Shown here: positions 62,617 through 64,000 of the stretch, piece after piece
How the letters are laid out: each line of letters opens with the position of its first letter
Position numbering within the stretch: the stretch's first letter is position 1
From: an uncultured Spirochaetales bacterium
GTDB lineage: Bacteria; Spirochaetota; Spirochaetia; JABMQR01
Length of the DNA: 64,000 bases
Direction of reading: 5' to 3'
Assembly (NCBI GenBank): GCA_964567895.1
Contig: CAZMOX010000002.1
Span: 6,307-70,306 of the forward strand
Notes under the pieces: generated by a model
What the model was told of the DNA's origin: nothing
Seen by the model: the letters and a program-made list of their open reading frames with translations, nothing else
Databases searched by the model: none
Made by a program: the position numbers and the translations under genes

Positions 62617-64000
62617 ATGAATAATAAAAGCATCCGTCACGGGAAAAGCAGTGAATCCATCAAATGGGATTTTGCCGAACATTTAAAATATACATTGGGG
62701 TGCGACCGATACTCAGCCTCAGATCACGATAAATACTATTCACTTGCCCTTACGGTGAAAGACAGACTTATTCACCAATGGATCAGAACTCAGCAGTCAC
62801 ATCATAATAATAACGCAAAGCGTGTCTACTACCTCTCCCTCGAATTCCTTATGGGCAGAGCCATGACAAACAACATCATAAACCTGCAGCTTGAAGAGCC
62901 ATTTCGGAAGGCACTGAATGATCTAGGGTACACCCTTGAAGAATTGGCGGACAATGAGGTTGATGCAGGACTCGGTAACGGAGGTCTGGGCAGGCTTGCC
63001 GCATGCTTCCTCGATTCCATGGCTACCATGGATCTCCCGGCTTATGGATACGGTATCAGGTACAATTACGGTATCTTCAAACAGCATATTGTAAACGGCT
63101 ACCAGACAGAACAGCCGGACGACTGGCTGCGATTTGGAAACCCCTGGGAAATTGAGCGGAAAAATATCAGTATTCCGGTACATTTTGGCGGCCGGGTTGA
63201 ACCTATTAACGAGAACGGAGAAATACACTTTAAATGGACAAATACTCAACAGGTAGTCGGCATAGCCTACGATACTCCTATTGTCGGCTATGGCGGTAAT
63301 ACCGTAAATACATTGCGTTTATGGAGCGCTCGGTCACCTGAAAGTTTTAATCTCCACGATTTTAATGAAGGGGATTATATTGAGTCAGTTAAATCAAAAG
63401 TACTCGCTGAAAATCTCAGTCAGGTTCTCTACCCGAATGATACACTCTACCTCGGCAAGGAGCTTCGTCTTAAACAGCAGTATTTCTTTGTAGCATGCTC
63501 ACTAGCCGATATCCTCAGACGTTTCAGGAAATCTGGAGAATCATGGTCTAAATTCCCTGACCATGCAGCTCTGCAGCTTAACGACACCCACCCCTCACTG
63601 GCGATACCTGAACTTATGAGAATTCTTCTTGATAAAGAACACCTTTCATGGGATAAAGCATGGGATATTACGGTAAGATCAATTGGCTACACTAATCATA
63701 CGCTTATGCCGGAAGCTCTCGAGAAGTGGTCCGTCTCCATGCTGGAAACAAATCTTCCTCGTCACCTGCAGATTATTTATGAAATTAATCATCGGTTTCT
63801 TCAGAGGGCAGTAACTTTTTTCCCCGGCAATACCGAAAAAATCAGCCGCGTAAGTATAATTGAGGAGTCCAACCCGAGACAAATCCGCATGGCAAATCTG
63901 AGTATTATTGGATCCCACTCAACCAATGGAGTTGCCCGGCTGCATACCGATTTGCTAAAAAGCCGTATGTTCCCTGAGTTTGCACAGATATTTCCCAAAA
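62617..64000 (+). CDS. glgP: Glycogen/starch phosphorylase, N-terminal ~461 aa (continues past window end)
   Basis: Translation from ATG 62617 gives MNNKSIRHGKSSES.... Contains the phosphorylase signature EPFRKALNDLG...DAGLGNGGLGRLAACFLDSMAT. No stop in the window, hence absent from the ORF track. Confidence 0.9.
   Translation, partial: MNNKSIRHGKSSESIKWDFAEHLKYTLGCDRYSASDHDKYYSLALTVKDRLIHQWIRTQQSHHNNNAKRVYYLSLEFLMGRAMTNNIINLQLEEPFRKALNDLGYTLEELADNEVDAGLGNGGLGRLAACFLDSMATMDLPAYGYGIRYNYGIFKQHIVNGYQTEQPDDWLRFGNPWEIERKNISIPVHFGGRVEPINENGEIHFKWTNTQQVVGIAYDTPIVGYGGNTVNTLRLWSARSPESFNLHDFNEGDYIESVKSKVLAENLSQVLYPNDTLYLGKELRLKQQYFFVACSLADILRRFRKSGESWSKFPDHAALQLNDTHPSLAIPELMRILLDKEHLSWDKAWDITVRSIGYTNHTLMPEALEKWSVSMLETNLPRHLQIIYEINHRFLQRAVTFFPGNTEKISRVSIIEESNPRQIRMANLSIIGSHSTNGVARLHTDLLKSRMFPEFAQIFPK

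Overview
This 64-kb window is almost entirely minus-strand chromosomal core. It looks like a low-GC (~40%) spirochaete-type genome. That guess is an inference from gene content and order: tuf follows rpsL-rpsG directly with no fusA, Rho carries a ~285-aa low-complexity N-terminal extension, and there are tlyA, an Hbb/HU-like gene and grpE-dnaK-dnaJ without an adjacent hrcA.

Genes called, in window order:
- surE (partial), galK, rpmE and rho.
- cinA, lnt, HU/hbb, rpsT and a PSP1/RicT-like gene.
- On the plus strand: tatD, dus and purD.
- rlmB, then dnaJ-dnaK-grpE.
- A membrane-anchored coiled-coil protein with an extremely acidic repeat region.
- A HAD hydrolase, der, ptsI, a hypothetical plus-strand ORF and tlyA.
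- A DeoR-controlled four-gene catabolic operon (about 24.8-31.3 kb).
- rny-ymdB.
- A complete alpha/spc/S10 ribosomal superoperon running rplQ through rpsJ (about 34.1-47.6 kb).
- tuf, rpsG-rpsL, rpoC, rpoB and rplL-rplJ-rplA-rplK.
- nusG, secE, tRNA-Trp, rpmG and tRNA-Thr.
- The 5' part of glycogen phosphorylase on the plus strand at the window end.

No rRNA, CRISPR array, transposase or integrase is visible.

The main accessory candidate is the DeoR-controlled operon. It encodes a FucA-like class II aldolase, a rhamnulokinase-like FGGY kinase, a tungsten-type aldehyde:ferredoxin oxidoreductase and a tandem double class-II-aldolase protein whose second domain has lost the metal-binding histidines. 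Together these suggest a ketose-1-phosphate cleavage pathway whose aldehyde product is oxidised through ferredoxin.

The second theme is unexplained short repeats in intergenic spacers of essential operons:
- An ~80-bp palindromic element present twice, upstream of rho and upstream of rny.
- 20-21-bp tandem arrays (4 copies each) between rny and ymdB and between rpoB and rpoC.
- A 34-bp tandem pair plus a nested hairpin in the 636-bp rpsG-tuf spacer.
- Tandem palindromic 19-mers at the nusG end.
- A perfect 13-bp inverted repeat upstream of grpE that is not CIRCE.
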